A stretch of 62,527 bases of DNA, filler included, from Basidioascus undulatus (GCA_000826855.1; 18 parts of 18 records of this genome joined end to end with filler, not necessarily neighbours in it), one strand, 5' to 3'; counted from the whole stretch's first letter, positions 46,700-60,301 are shown. Notes: generated from the sequence alone by a model not told the origin. A program made the numbers and translations.

Positions 46700-47828
46700 T
46701 GGTCGTGGAGGTTGTGGCTGTGGGAAGGCAATTCGTCAGCTTATTGATGAGAATCATGATCAGCGGAGTTGAAGACGTGGACGTACACCCGGATTGAGAG
46801 GCGGTTGTCCGCCGAGGGATACCTCCGGCCTGTGGGGCTGATGCACCGCCTGGAAACGATGGAAGACAGGCCGGCGATTGCACCCGTCGAACCGAGCCAA
46901 AAACAGGTGTTTCAACGAGTGCGAATCAGCAAACGAGTGTGAGGGCCTGCGCAACGGCGAAGCGAACGAACACGACGGGGTCGAAACGAAGATGAGCGTA
47001 GAGTCAGTGCAAGAACCACGACCATCCAACAACAACAAACACGGTGGATTGGGTGGCCGGCCAGTGAGTGGCGAGCCGGTCAACGGTATGAAAACAAACG
47101 CAGTGCCAGCCATTTGACGGTCAGTCAGGGAGGTTAGCCTCCAAGGCTCGCGCTGCAGGAGGCATGTGATTCGAGCTCGGCATGCGATCGTGTATTCTTT
47201 TGAAAGCGCATCAGGCCGTGAATGGTGTAGTTAAATTGGGAGTACGACGTAACGGAATACCGAATGAGCATCAGTATGATGGATCGTCGAGGAGGATGAT
47301 GAGAGTGAGGACGACAGTGAGAGCAAGAGCAAGCGAGGATGATCGCTCGATATGATGCCAGACAAGTTTGCCTCCGTTATACCCTCAAACAAGCTTGTTC
47401 TCGTTGGTTCTCACAGGCTCAACACTTATGATTTTCAGCATCAATCCCAGCTACTACATTTTCATAATTCTCAGCAAAGGACAGCATCTGTGAAATGTAA
47501 AAAGTACTTGCTATGAAAGCCTTGAAAGACTTGAACGTAAAGAGATTGCGTCTTACCGCATCATTACGGTGTGCCTGGCGTGGACATGATCGGCGAACGG
47601 GGCAACGGCCGTGCGCGGTGTGGAGGTGAAACACGACTTTGGGTTGACTTTGGCGGTGCTCAAACTCCGGGATCGCCGCAGTGTAAGTCTTCTCTCTTGC
47701 CCCTCCTTCCTCCACGATAAGACCTTGTCCTCCTCTCTTTGCCATCTAATCCCAAGGAAATACCACATTTTTTCTCTCGAAATCCGCATTCGGATTACCT
47801 AGACGACACACCAGTTCCACTCACGAGA

Positions 47829-48551
47829 ATGCCGTATCTGCATACGCTACCATCGGAGCTGCAGCCGCTTATCGTCTCCCACCTCCTTCCCTCCTCTCCC
47901 GCCCTCCCCGCAACAGCCTCCCTCGACCTCCTTCCGGCCTCCGCGCTCGCAGACATCCTCGTAACGCAAAACGACCTCGCCGCCCTTGCGCGGACCTCGC
48001 GCGCGCTCCGCCCCGCCGCGCAGAGGGAGCTCTTCCGCGCACCGGTCGTGCTCCATCTGCGCGCGTTCCAGCAGCTTGAGGAGGCGCTGTTCAAGGAGCG
48101 GGTTCAAGAGGGCGAGGAGGAGGGCAGGCTGGCGGGATGGGTGAGGGTGTTGAACTTCAGTGGGGTCAGGGGGAGGTGGTACGATGCTGTGAATCCGGAG
48201 GAAATGATGTACGTCCTGCTAAGCTACCTGTCCCTGTCTTTCCGAGAGGGAGGCGGTAGAGCTGATAGAGATGGACCGGGGACGCAGTCGGAAATGCCAC
48301 CACCTCACAGGGCTCAATCTCGATGTATGTCCTTCCTTCCCTATCCATTCTCCTTCCACACTCACACCCCTCCCACGCACAGCACTGCAACCCCTCCCCC
48401 GCGCTGCTCTCCTACCTCTTCGCGCAGACCTCCCCCGTCACCTCCACTCTCCTCTCCCTGACCCTCTCCGGCTCCCCAACGCTCTCCACGCTCTCCTCCC
48501 GAAACCAGCGGATGAGGCTCTCAGTCTGCATCGCCCGCGTCCCACCTCACT
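47829..48551 (+). CDS. F-box-like protein, 5' part
   Basis: MPYLHTLPSELQPLIVSHL...LAALARTSRALRPAAQRELFR...LAGWVRVLNF fits the basidiomycete F-box N-terminal pattern. Confidence 0.6.
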
Positions 48552-48651
48552 NNNNNNNNNNNNNNNNNNNNNNNNNNNNNNNNNNNNNNNNNNNNTTAAT
48601 TAATTAANNNNNNNNNNNNNNNNNNNNNNNNNNNNNNNNNNNNNNNNNNNN

Positions 48652-50731
48652 CCCCACTCTCTCGCCCCTCTCGCCTCACCTCCACCCATCAGCCGCGCAA
48701 GCAGCGCGGCCTGCGCGCGCTGCTCCGCGCGCGTCGCTTCCCGCCGGGCGCGCTCGTCGGGGGTGAGGCGTACGCCGAGGCCTGCTTTCACCTCTCCCCC
48801 AACCTTCGCCGGCTCGTCGTCATCCGAGTCGATGAGAGCGGCGGCGGAAGAGGCGGAGGGAGCGGAGGAGACGGCGGAGGAGGTGGGAAGAAAGGAGGAG
48901 GTGGTGGTGATGCGGGAAGAGGAAGCGGAGACGGTGCGTGTGGGAGTAGCGAGAGAAGAAGCAGCGACGGCAGAGCGTTTCTTGAGTGCCGAGCGCACGG
49001 GCGTCGGGACGGGCGATCCCCTCGGCGTCGGACCCTCCTCCAAGCCCTCTTTCCATTTCACTCCTCCCTTCACCTTCTTCTTCCCCTTCCCCTCGTCCTC
49101 CATACCCTCCATCCCCACCTCCGCCTTCTCCTCCCCCTCTCCCTCCGCCTTCTTCCCCTTTGGCTTAGTCCCGCGATTGGTGAGGTGCGCCCGCTCGGCC
49201 TCCTTCCGTCTCCGCACTTCCTCGAGCGCCGCGCGCTCCTTTTCAGCCGCGATGGATAAGAGCTCGTCGTCCGCTGCGAAGGGGTCGGCCCATGCGTCGT
49301 CGGAGGAGGGCGCGGCGCCGGAGGCGAGCGAGAGGGCGAGGTCCCAGGCTGCGTCGGCATCTTCTTCGGCATCGGCGTCTGCCGGCTCCGAGGAAGGCTC
49401 GCGTTCGGGTCCGGGTGATGTCGAGGTCGGGGCGGGCTGCTGAGGTTCGGGTGTAAATTCGGGAGAAGGGGAAGGCGAAGGGGAAAGAGCGGGAGCAGGA
49501 GCGGCGGAGGCGGAGGCGGGGAAGAGCGGCGAGCTCGGCGCGTTTTTGGGCGCGCGCGTGGTTTTGTGGAAAGTCGGGAAGAGCGGCGAAGGCGAGCGCT
49601 CGGAGCGCAGACGCTGGGCGGCAAGGAGCGCGAAGAGGTCGGCGTCCGCATCGTCTTGCTCCTCGTCCTCGTACACGTACACGTCCATCTGTTCGACAGG
49701 AGTCGCCTGCGTGCGTGCGCGCGAGGGCAGCTGCGGCTCGCCCTCCGGCTCGCCCAACTCAACATCCACTACCTTCCTTCCCCTAAGCTCATACTCCTCC
49801 TCCTCCCCTCCCTCAACACGCCTCCACCGAACCCTCCCCTCCTCGCTCTCCGCCTCCTCGCACACCCACAAGCCCCCCGCGGCGGGATCGGTGATCGACG
49901 ACCCGAGCATCGCGCCTGAGAGGTGGAGCGCGTTGTACCGGCGCGGGTCGATCAGGGTCGGGCGCAGGCGGCGCGGGGGAGGCTTCGGTTTTGAGGAGGT
50001 GGTAGTAGAGGTGGACGAGGTGGAGGAAGAGGTGAGGGAGGTGGAAGGCGGAGGGAGCGGGTGCGAGGGCGTGAGGAGCACGGGGCGGATGAGGTGCGAG
50101 GCGGGGGTGATGTGCCAGCCCTGTGGATCCCAACCCAATCGCACAAAAGCCATGATCAACGTTCCACAACCAAGAACCAAAGCAGAAGAATAAGGAGAGA
50201 AAGAGAAAGAAGAAACAGAGAGCCCAGCGCACCTTCCTTCTCTTCGCCAGCCTAACATCAACGACCCTCAAATCCCGATCCTCCCAAGCCCCGCGCCCGC
50301 GCTTCCTCCTCTCCAGTGCGCGTGCCTTCCGCCGTTCCTCAAACATCTTCTGCTTCTCCTCTGCCTTAACATGGTCCAGCTCGAGCCGCGCGGTGAAGGT
50401 CGGGCGCGCCTCGCCGACGCGCAGCTTGGCGTCTTTCCAGCGTGAGTTGGAGAGCAGGTTCATGCCTGTTCCGCACCCGTCCCACCTTTCTTAAGTTTCT
50501 CATATGTATATTAGATTTTTGTGGGGGAAGAATAAACGCACATCGCTTGATGTGCGCTTCAGGCGCCTCGAGCGTGAGGAACGCAAACCTGCGCGGGTCC
50601 CCGTTCGCGTCGAGCCCGCCCGCGTCGAGGTCGCGCACCGTCCCGAAAGAGCTAAAGCGCGCGGAGAGGTCCGCGGGCGTGATACTCGGCGTCAGGCCCG
50701 AGATGTGCAGGCGCTTCGTTATTGTGCCCAT
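48652..50731 (-). CDS. N-terminal RRM nucleolar protein, NOL8/Nop8-like, partial
   Basis: KRLHISGLTPSIT..DL..RFSSFGTV, RRFAFLTLE, IKRC|MNLLSNSRWKDAKLRVGEARP, then a long acidic/low-complexity region. Confidence 0.75.
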
Positions 50732-51232
50732 TGCGGTGCGAGGAGGAGGAGGAGGATGAGGCGAAGAGAGAAGATGGCCCGGAAGCTTTCCTTGGATCGT
50801 AAGGGCCCCACTAAGGGGCCTAGTAACGGAGACTAGTAAACCAGGACTAGTAAGCCTCCCGCCTCGGCCCGGTCCTCCCCAANNNNNNNNNNNNNNNNNN
50901 NNNNNNNNNNNNNNNNNNNNNNNNNNTTAATTAATTAANNNNNNNNNNNNNNNNNNNNNNNNNNNNNNNNNNNNNNNNNNNNAGAAGATAGGAAGAAGGA
51001 GGTGGACAGATGGGGAGGTGGACAGATGGGGAGATGGGAGAGGGGGAAGACGGGCTGATCGCGAGGGCGCGATGACGCAAGTTCGCGATTGCTGTTCTGG
51101 CGGTTCAGCTTGCTCTTCTTCGAGTGCTTGCTGAAAGGCTGCATAATACAACTGGCAGACGTACTGAACCAACGAATAAAGAAAAGGTAAAGGGCATAAC
51201 AGGCGAGTAGACCTGGGGGACACTTGCAGCAA

Positions 51233-52479
51233 TTACCAGCGGAAGTTCGAAGCACCACCAGGCCGTCGGTGCAAGCAGAAACGCAATTCATCAGATTCCC
51301 CCTCATCAACAAGTACATCCAAACACTCTTCCAACAGCTTTGGATTCAGTGTACAATAAGCACGGGAATCGTGGTGTGCTCGATGATCGCGGACGAAACG
51401 CTGTTGTCGCGCGCAGTGCAAAAGGTCAGTTTGGACCATAAGGTCTTCAGCGATACCGCAGACGAGGGAAGCAGAGAATAGATGGGAGCGGGAGAGAGGA
51501 GTGAGCAGAATGCTCTTGCTGGAAAAGGACCTGCCTTTCGGTGAAGATCTTCTGCCAGCGGCTCAGGGTTCGGCGACCTGTGAAGACGACGCTGAGAGCA
51601 ATGAGCACTGAAGCTCGCTGGGCTGGGTGGCAGATAGCGAAGGCCCTGAACGTAACGCACCCACTATGATCATTCCAACTTTATGATACTCCGCCGCCCG
51701 GGTTATCGCTTCCTTCGGATTCCCATGAACGACATGCACAGTCGCCTCGACCTGCCCGACTCAATCCTCTCTGAACGCGAACGCCCTACAAGCAACCCTT
51801 ACCTTATCCCCATGCTCACTCGACTTTTCGATCCGCCTGGCCTCCCGCTTGAGCGCCTCCATCGCCTTCGAACGGATCTCGGAGAGGTAACGCAGCTTCT
51901 TGTCGTCCTCGTCGCGTACGGGGTCGGTCCCGTACATTAGGCGCGTTTCGAGAGGGCGGAGGACGGTGAGGAGAAAGATAGTGTTTTCAAAGGGTAGTGA
52001 GGAAGGTTATTTGTTAGGCCAGGAGTTTGAGTGGTGAAATAAGGGAACAGAGGGACGCACTGGTCATTGGGGCGCCGGAGGTCGTCGAGGTAGCTGTGAT
52101 GGCGGGAAGCATTCAACACCTCGCAGAAAGCACTACAAATAAAATACTGAACTATCTCACAGCATTCTTAGCTCCTTCCTGCGACCCTTCATGTGCGTGC
52201 ACACATCAGTCTCCCCGGACAATGTTTGAAGCCTGCGCCTACGCACAGTTTCGTTATAAGGATCAGTATCCTCCTCCCCTCCTTGACGTCCAGCCCATGC
52301 GCGCCCTCAATAGTGTGGTGCTCATTCTTCGGGATGGACACGGGCGTCTGGGAGCGCACGGGGTCGAAGTACGGGAGGGGCGTGCCGGGGCGGAGGGGAA
52401 GGTCGTCCGCGGCAGGGTGTGAGGTGGGTTGAGTTTTGGCTGAGAGGGGGCACGGGTTCATGGGATCCGCTGATAACAT
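51233..52479 (-). CDS. Hypothetical multi-exon gene or relic
   Basis: Coding-like fragments (RPGTPLPYFDPVRSQTP, YLDDLRRPNDQ, DEDDKKLRYLSEIRSKAMEALKREARRIEK). The structure was not resolved. Confidence 0.25.
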
Positions 52480-52930
52480 GGTGATGGAATCAGCGGGATC
52501 TGGAAGGGAAGTGATTTGTGGGTGTGGGATGGCGGTGAAGGTGGCAAGAAGGAAGGGTGGGAAGGAAGCGAGTCATGCGAGGTTGGCAAGGTCAGGTGTT
52601 CCGCTGGCTCTGCACTGCTTGGCAGCAGAAGTTTCAAGTAAGTATGTGGGGTTTAACCAGTATTAAATCACCGTTTCCAGGATCCATCATTGCCTGAGCC
52701 TGAGCACGCGTATTGGGATGTATCAAAAAGAAACAAACAAACGCAGCGAGTGCAATCTCCGACTGCCCGCATTCCATATCGGTGATACCCGAAAGAACCT
52801 GCATTCTCCCACGCTTTTTGGCTGCTGTCCCCTCACTTCCCTCCTCACGATTCCCTCTCCCCTCCATAGATCCATCTTCCGTTAGTCCTCCCCGCGCACA
52901 CCTCCTACCGCACTTTGATCCCGCCCCGCG

Positions 52931-53213
52931 ATGCCGGACGCGATCGCCTCCACCTCGTCCTCGACCGACGCGAAGCGCACCCGCAAGCGCAAGCGCAGCC
53001 ACAAGCCCAAGGCCGATGGCGAGCCTGCTGCCGCTGCCGCCTCGCCCGCTGGCGCTGAAGGCAAGGCGCAGAAGAAGGACAAGAAGAAGGGCAAGGCCAA
53101 GGCGGTTGAGGCGGAGGTGGACGCGGCCGTCGAAGCCGCGCCTGCCGTCGACCCCTCCGCCGCTGAGGAGGAGTCCGACGAGGAGGAGTCCGACGAGGAG
53201 GAGTCCGACGAGG
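52931..53213 (+). CDS. 5' end of a Lys-rich/acidic, probably nucleolar protein
   Basis: ATG at 52931, NLS-like KRTRKRKR and KKDKKKGK, and EEESD encoded by a 15-nt tandem repeat. Truncated at the spacer. Confidence 0.6.
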
Positions 53214-53313
53214 NNNNNNNNNNNNNNNNNNNNNNNNNNNNNNNNNNNNNNNNNNNNTTAATTAATTAANNNNNNNNNNNNNNNNNNNNNNNNNNNNNNN
53301 NNNNNNNNNNNNN

Positions 53314-54595
53314 GCTGCGCACACGGATCTCGCGCGGGGAACCAGAGGAGAGAGGAGAGGGGGCGCACGATGATGCCTGTTACAAGGCGCCCGGAGAGGT
53401 AGCCCTTGACGGGGAGCTCGCGCTGCGTTTGGGGAAGGGTTGATGAGCCGCTGGGATTGACTAGGCTCCCGCGGTGAGCGAAGATAGAAGGCAGCAGCCT
53501 TACACAGCGCCCTGTTACTGCGAGGGTCTCGAGGAGGATGAGGGTGTTGAGGATCCTGCGTGCGGGTGGGACGACGGTCAGGCATTAGGCAACGAGAGCG
53601 GGTCTAGACAGACCCACCTGACGCCCTCCCTATCGACCGCCGTCCGCGTCTCCACCGGCAGCGGCTCAGGATGCCACATCCTCTCCAACCTCAGATGCGT
53701 TTCCTATCCCAACCAACTCTCAGTGCCCCCTCTGTACCCTTCTTTCACGCAACGCACGGTCCCCCGTTTCAGCACCTCCTCCCGCCCCCGCGCCTTCTTG
53801 CGGTCCACCACGATTTCGCGCCCCTCGGGCGTGACGATTGCTGCCGGTCGGCGCGGGTCGTCGAGCGGGAGGTAGAACTTGCCCAAGAGCTTGTAGGTGT
53901 GCTGGACTTGACACCAGGCGGGGGAGGTCAACTGCCGATGCGTAATGTAAGGGTGAACATGTCGGGGAAGCGGGAGGGGATGGAGAGGGGCGCGCACGTC
54001 CGAGACGGAGAACCTGTTCGAGGCGCGGCGGAAGCGGTGGAAGAGGGAGGGGACGGGGAGGGCCGCGAGGCGGACTATGTCTGTATATCGCATGGCAGCA
54101 TGGCAGCATGGCAGTGAGATGGAGAGCTTCGTGTGCGTGAGGGGAAGAGAGGAAGGCAGGACGGATAGGAGAGGAGGACGAACCGTCCCATTCGATGTCA
54201 TCGAATTCGTGCGTGTGTGTAGACAAGTTGGACGGCGAGGGCGATGCGGGTGTGGATGTGGATGTGGGTGTTGAAGGTGAAGGTGAGGATAAAGGGGAGC
54301 GCGTGGACTGCGAGAGGAGGATCGCATCTTCATATTCGATTGCGAGGCGCGCCAGGGCAGGGTGGACGGACGGCGCTGGGGGCCGTGCAGCTGCGCTCTT
54401 CAGTCCCCGAGTGTTGCGCACAGAACGAAGTTACGCATACTCACCTTTCTGGCCATCCTCCTCTTCCTCATCAGAGGGACCTACTCCAGTCCCCAACCCG
54501 TCGACCTCCATCCGCCGCGCAGCGAGCTCGAGCTCGGGCGTCCAGTCGAAGGAGAACTCGGACGTCGGGGGGGAGGATGGGGACATGCTGGGCAT
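53314..54595 (-). CDS. EXO5: Exonuclease V (Exo5/Dem1), 5' part
   Basis: Spliced SLFHRFRR..RFSVSD|LTSPAWCQVQHTY, LKRGT|ETHLRLE...PVETRTAVDR and TGRC|RELPV.G match the Exo5 SVTDL..PAWCE.Q, G..IH..LE and RE..V.G motifs. Confidence 0.8.
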
Positions 54596-55180
54596 AGTGA
54601 GGTGTGATGTGGTGTGGGAGTGGTATTCAAGAGGAGTATGGCGGCATGGTTTTGGCTGATGCATGCGAGAGAGGGCCTGGAGGAGGAGACACAAGGAGCG
54701 AGGGAAGAGAAGGAAGGGAAGACGCGTCGCACACGCGTTCCAGTCCACATCCCACTAGTACTGATCCCAGAAGCGAGGTCCTGCAAGGCTGCAAGCTCCT
54801 GCCTGTCGTGCACAACTTACAGCGTACAATGGCCATGTTAGGTTAGAACGAGCTACGAAAATAATTACCTGGATTTCCTTTCAAACAGCAGGTACGAGCT
54901 ATGAACGCAACTTGACGTTTCTCAAGAATTCGAGCTTCCCTTTCCCACGGCCTCATGCATGTAACTGTCAATCTGACAAGCGACAGTACCACTTGCATCG
55001 CGTGCGCACCGCCTCGTCCGGCCTCGATATACTACACGGTTTGGCACTAACCGCGTCGACCGCGTGCTTCGGCCTTAGACGTTCCCCTTCCCACTTCCAC
55101 AGCCTGTATTGGTCCCATACCGCTTCACCCGCCGACCCATCTCGCAACGTAGAGCTTCCCACTCCCCTCCACACCCACAC

Positions 55181-55544
55181 ATGGACGATTTCTGCGTGCG
55201 TCTTCCGCCTAACCTCCCCTCATCCCCCACTCACCCCTCTCTCCCCTCCAACCAGACCGCCTGCTGCTCCGCGATCTGTGCGTCTCCCTTCCTCCCTCCT
55301 TCCCCACCCAACTAACCCCCTCCACCGCGCCCAGGCATCTCCCTCACCTCCGCCCTCCAAGCCTTGTGCAACACGAAAGCCTGGGGCACGTGCGCCTGCT
55401 GCGCGTGCGGCGTGTGCGGGTGCTGCGAGAAGCGCTGGCAGGACGGCACGCAGACGCCCGAGGCAAGGAAAAGGGAGCGGGACGACCCGTTTGCCGGGGG
55501 GAGGATCACGGAGCAGCCGAGAAGGGGGGGGGGGGGGGGGGGGA
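55181..55544 (+). CDS. Small cysteine-rich protein, partial
   Basis: Two GTGCGT..AG introns join MDDFC|TACCSAIC|ISLTSALQALCNTKAWGTCACCACGVCGCCEKRW. Confidence 0.6.
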
Positions 55545-55644
55545 NNNNNNNNNNNNNNNNNNNNNNNNNNNNNNNNNNNNNNNNNNNNTTAATTAATTAA
55601 NNNNNNNNNNNNNNNNNNNNNNNNNNNNNNNNNNNNNNNNNNNN

Positions 55645-57874
55645 GATCTAAGGGGAGGGGAGGAGGGAGGAAAGGGAGAGGAGGGGACGGGGCGACGGAC
55701 CATGGATGATGTATTCTTCGAGGATGAGGTCCGTGATGCGCCCCAGTCGGCGCGCCTCCTTCGCGCGCACGCAGAAAGCCACAGCCGCGCCGTACCGTCG
55801 TTGGCTCACGAGCATCTGCGCGACGTTCTATTTCCGCGCCCCCGCAATCCCAACCCCAACTCCTCAGCTTCGCACTCACCCTTTCCCTCGCACCACCCTT
55901 CTTCCCTCGCACACGCACCTTGCAAATAACGACCGCCTCGTCGTCGAGCCCGTACTCCGCGCACACGCCTAGCACCTCCTCCACGCGCTCCAGCCCCGGC
56001 AGCGCCGTCGCCCCCGCCGCCGGGCGGTCCTCCTCCATCGCCTCCTCGGCCTCGCCCTTGCGCGCCTGCTGCTGCGGCGGCGCGGGCTCGCCGACGTACA
56101 GCGGCACGCGGACGATGAGCTCCCGCACGCGGTTCGCGCCCTCGTCGCCGCACTGCGCGAGGTAGTCGATCGTCACTGCCCAGAGTCCCGGGTCGGACAG
56201 GAGCCGGTCCGTGTACTGCAGGAGGAAGTGGTCGCGGAGGGAGAGGGAGAAGCTACGCGGGCGAACGAACGTGAATGTGTGTTCGATCAGCATCGTTTAG
56301 TTTGAGTGCCTGGGAGAAGGAGAGAGAAAGAGAAGGGGTGGACACGACGCACGAGGGATCGCTGTCAACGCAGCCGGCCTTGTCGAGCAGGTCCGTCAGG
56401 TGCGCGACGAGCCACGGGTCGTAATCGTTGCAGAGGATTACTGCCTGCCCAAGAGCCCGACTATGTCAGCTCCGCGAGGGACTGCGGACAGTAAGACCTC
56501 GCTTGCAACGCACCTTCGTCACGTTCGCACCAACCAGCGCGGCCTCAATTGCCTGATCAGGCAGCGTCGGGTCGAACGGCATTTCGCGGAGGATGATGTC
56601 GACCGTGGACCTGGATCCCAGCGCACCTCATTTCAGTCCCTCTCTTCCCGCTCGCAAGACGGCCGTTCCCCAACTCACGGCAGGTCATCGCGCTTGAGCA
56701 GGGGGTTTACAAGCATCCCCCAGGCGGCGAGCGCCTCCCTCCAATCATCCGCAATATCCAGCACGACGCTCTCCTCGCCCATCAGCAGCTCCACGACCGT
56801 CCTGAGCTGTCCCAACACCTCCTCCTCCTCCTCCTCTCCCTCGTCCCGCAGCTCATCCAGCACGCGCCCCGCGTCGGCCTTCCAGCGCGCGTGCGCGGCT
56901 CGGAACTCGTGCTCGAGGCGGAACGCGCTGCTGCGCGGGAAGCGGGCGAGGAGGTCCGATACGCGCTGGGCGGCGCGCGCGACGCGCCGGTCCGGGTGCG
57001 CGTGCAGCGCGCGGAGGGGCGCGGCGGCGGTCTTGTGGAAGCCCCGCAGGAGGCACCGGTGCAGGTACGGCCAGAAGTTCGGGTGCTCGTACTGCACCGG
57101 CGCGGACGTCACTTCGAGGCCTTCCTCGGTCGTCGGTGCTGTGCCCGCCCCACATCCCACATCCCCGCCTTCAGCTTACTGCCCCTCTCTCCCATCATGC
57201 CATACCATGAGGGAAAAGAAGAAGACGACGCACCAACATCGACCCGATTGATCCAATCTAGCAGTTCCTCCCCCACCACCGCGTTGCCCTTCCCGTCCTC
57301 CGGCACATACAGCAGCTCGGCGAGATGCCACACCGCGCCGACGCCAGCCCAGTGCGCGAGCGCGCGCGCGTCGCCTCGCACGGCCGCGACCTGCCGCGCG
57401 AGCGCGTCGCGGTAAAGCTGCGAGATGCGGTTGAAGTACTGCACTTCCTCGGGGGACGGGAATAGCCCCGCGGAGAGGTCGTCGGACGCGGCAGTGCTCC
57501 GCGCGACGCGCTGCAGGGAGGTGAAGATCGGGTAGGTCTCGAGGACGAACTGCGTGTGGAGTGGGGGGTCAGTCTGGCGGAGCGGGACGTTGGGCGGTGT
57601 GAAAAGGGAGGAAACGCACCTCCCGCAGATCGTCGTCGAGCGTTTCGTAGCTCGCGAACCAGACGAGCTTGTCCTGCTCATACACGGGCTGCTTCACAGC
57701 CGCGCTCGTGCTCCCAAGCTGTCCACCGCCCGCCAATCCTCTCAATCAGTCCCCTGTCCTCTTCCTTCTCATTCTCACGCCGCCCCCAGCCTACTTACCC
57801 TCGACTGCCCCGGCCTCACAAACGCCGCGATCTCATTCCGGTGCGGACAATGCGCGACGCCCAGCGCCCTCCCC
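55645..57874 (-). CDS. NUP85: Nucleoporin Nup85, internal part
   Basis: VWHLAELLYVP..G.G.AVVGEELLDWIN, HPNFWPYLHRCLLRG, DWREALAAWGMLVNP.LKRDDLP, DPWLVAHLTDLL and LRDHFLLQY.....SDPGLW...IDYL. Confidence 0.85.
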
Positions 57875-57974
57875 NNNNNNNNNNNNNNNNNNNNNNNNNN
57901 NNNNNNNNNNNNNNNNNNTTAATTAATTAANNNNNNNNNNNNNNNNNNNNNNNNNNNNNNNNNNNNNNNNNNNN

Positions 57975-60201
57975 CCTCCACTCCCGTCGTCCCCTCCCGC
58001 ACGCCCACCCCCGCGCCCTCCCTCCCTGGCGTGTCCACGCACCTCTCGCCCGCAGACAAGCACGTGACGCTGGACATTCGGTGGACTGTCCTGTGCGACC
58101 TCTTCCTCGCGCTCATCTCGGACAGCGTGTACGACGCGCGCGCGCGCGTGCTGCTCCTTCTCGTCGCGCGCACGCTGGGCCTCGACTGGCTCGAGGTCGT
58201 CCGCTTCGAGAAGCGCGTCACGGACGCGCTCGAGATCCAGGAGGGCGCGGAGCGCCTCGAGCAGGAGGGCGTGATTGAGGGACGCAGGGAGAAGAGCAAG
58301 AATAGGAGGTACATGATGATGGGGCTCGCGACGATCGGTACGCCGCAATGGGTTGGGGTTCGTGCGCGGGGAAGGATGGCTCATGCTGTTTCTTGGATTC
58401 GGCAGGTGGTGGACTGGTTATCGGTCTGTCAGCGGGTCTGCTGGCACCCGTTATCGGCGCAGGTCTCGGCGCGGCGTTCACAACCATCGGCATCGGTCAG
58501 TGCTACCCCATATCCGCTGTTTTCTGCGCTTCCCGGCATGCACACTAATTTTGGCTTTGTCGTAATTGCAGGCGGGACGACCGGCTTCCTGGCAGGCGCA
58601 GGTGGCGCAGGCCTCATCACGACTGGCGGTGTCCTCACCGGCGGAGGCATCGCGACCAAGGCGATGGCGCGGCGAACGCAGGCGGTGAAGACGTTCGAGT
58701 TCAAGCCGCTGCACAACATGAAGCGCGTCAATTGCATCATCACCGTAGCAGGGTGAGTGCTCAGTTCAAAAATCGTGTTCTCCGCTGCCGCTTCGGCGAA
58801 AGTGACACGGCGAGCCTGGGGCGGGTGCAGGTTCATGGCGAGCATAAACGACGACGTCCGCCTGCCGTTCTCCGTGCTCGACCCCATCGTCGGCGACGTG
58901 TTCAGCGTCATGTGGGAGCCCGAGATGATGAGCGACATGGGGTCCGCGCTCAAGATCCTCACGACCGAGGTCCTCACCCAGGTCGGACAGCAAGTCCTCC
59001 AGGCGACTGTCATGGCTGCGCTCATGAGCGCGCTGCAATGGCCTCTCAGTGCGTCTTCCTCACCAATCTCACCTCCAGAATACCGACACGCTAATCCGCA
59101 TTCCCCACCCAGTCCTTACCAAGCTCGGCTACCTGATCGACAACCCCTGGAGCAACGCGCTGGACCGCTCGCGCGCCGCAGGGCAAGTCCTCGCGGACAC
59201 GCTGATGTCGCGCAGCCTAGGCGTGCGACCCATAACGCTCATCGGCTTCTCGCTCGGCGCGCGCGTCATATTCTACGCGCTCGTGGAGCTCGCGAAGGCA
59301 GGCGCGCACGGCATCGTCGAGGACGTGTTCCTCATGGGGGCGACGCTGACCGCGCCCGAGCGGACGTGGCTCGAGTGCCGCAGCGTTGTCAGCGGCCGGT
59401 TCGTCAACGTCTATGCGCGCAACGACTGGATCTTGGGCTACCTGTTTAGGGCCACCAGCGGCGGGCTCAATACCGTCGCGGGGCTCAGGCCGGTCGAGAA
59501 CGTGCCTGGCTTGGAGAACAAGGACGTCACGAACATTCTGGCAGGGCATATGAGCTACAGGACACTCATGCCCCAGATTTTGGCGGAGCTCGAGTTCCCC
59601 GTTACCGCGGACTTCTTCGAGGAGGTGGATGTGAGTTGTTCTCTCCGTATTTCGTTACGCTCGCTGTGTGGGAAACGTGGCGCTGACTTGTATTTCACTG
59701 TGCAGGACGTCGAGCTGGGCGAGGACCGCGGCCGATACGTCGTCAGCGAGCTCGAGGAGCAGGCGCGCAAGGCCGCTTCCAGCAGCAAAGGCAACCGCTT
59801 CACGAACCTGTTCCGGCGCAAACCGAAAGACGCGGGCGCCGGTGCGACGGCCTCGCCCGGCGACTCGGTCGGCTCGTCGCCCTCCCCGTCCGTGCGCTCC
59901 TCCGCCGACGCGCCCCGCACGTCCACCTCGACCACGCCGACTTCCCCCGCGCCTTCGTCCCTCCACGTCACTGCGCCCACCGCCCAGCCATCCACCGACG
60001 CCGACCTCCCCGCGCGCTCGGCTTCCCCACATGCGCTCACGCCGCCCGCCGCCGAGACGCCCCCGGAGCTTGAGGCTGGCGCAGGCTTCGACTTCGGACG
60101 GATCATGAAGGAGCTCGGGAAGGATGGAAAGCCGCTGGAAGAGGTCAAGACGCCCTCGGACGTCCCCCTTCCGCCGCTTAACCCTCCACGGGCCGTCCCT
60201 C
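57975..60201 (+). CDS. DUF726 / TMCO4 (yeast Mil1-like) alpha/beta-hydrolase-fold membrane protein, partial
   Basis: DIRWTVLCDLFL.LISDSVYDARAR, GLATIG|GGLVIGLSAGLLAP, LTKLGYLIDNPW, RPITLIGFSLGARVIF (GxSxG), VVSGRFVNVY..NDWILGYLFR and GHMSYR. Confidence 0.92.
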
Positions 60202-60301
60202 NNNNNNNNNNNNNNNNNNNNNNNNNNNNNNNNNNNNNNNNNNNNTTAATTAATTAANNNNNNNNNNNNNNNNNNNNNNNNNNNNNNNNNNNNNNNNNNN
60301 N

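Noticed and set aside
53165..53213. 15-nt tandem repeat, and other short repeats such as GGCAGCAT x3 near 54093
   Set aside because: These are ordinary coding or intronic mini/microsatellites. They have no spacer structure, so they are not CRISPR-like.
34712..57874. Apparent nucleoporin cluster (NDC1, NUP98-like, NUP85)
   Set aside because: The genes are on separate contigs joined by spacers, so there is no evidence of linkage.
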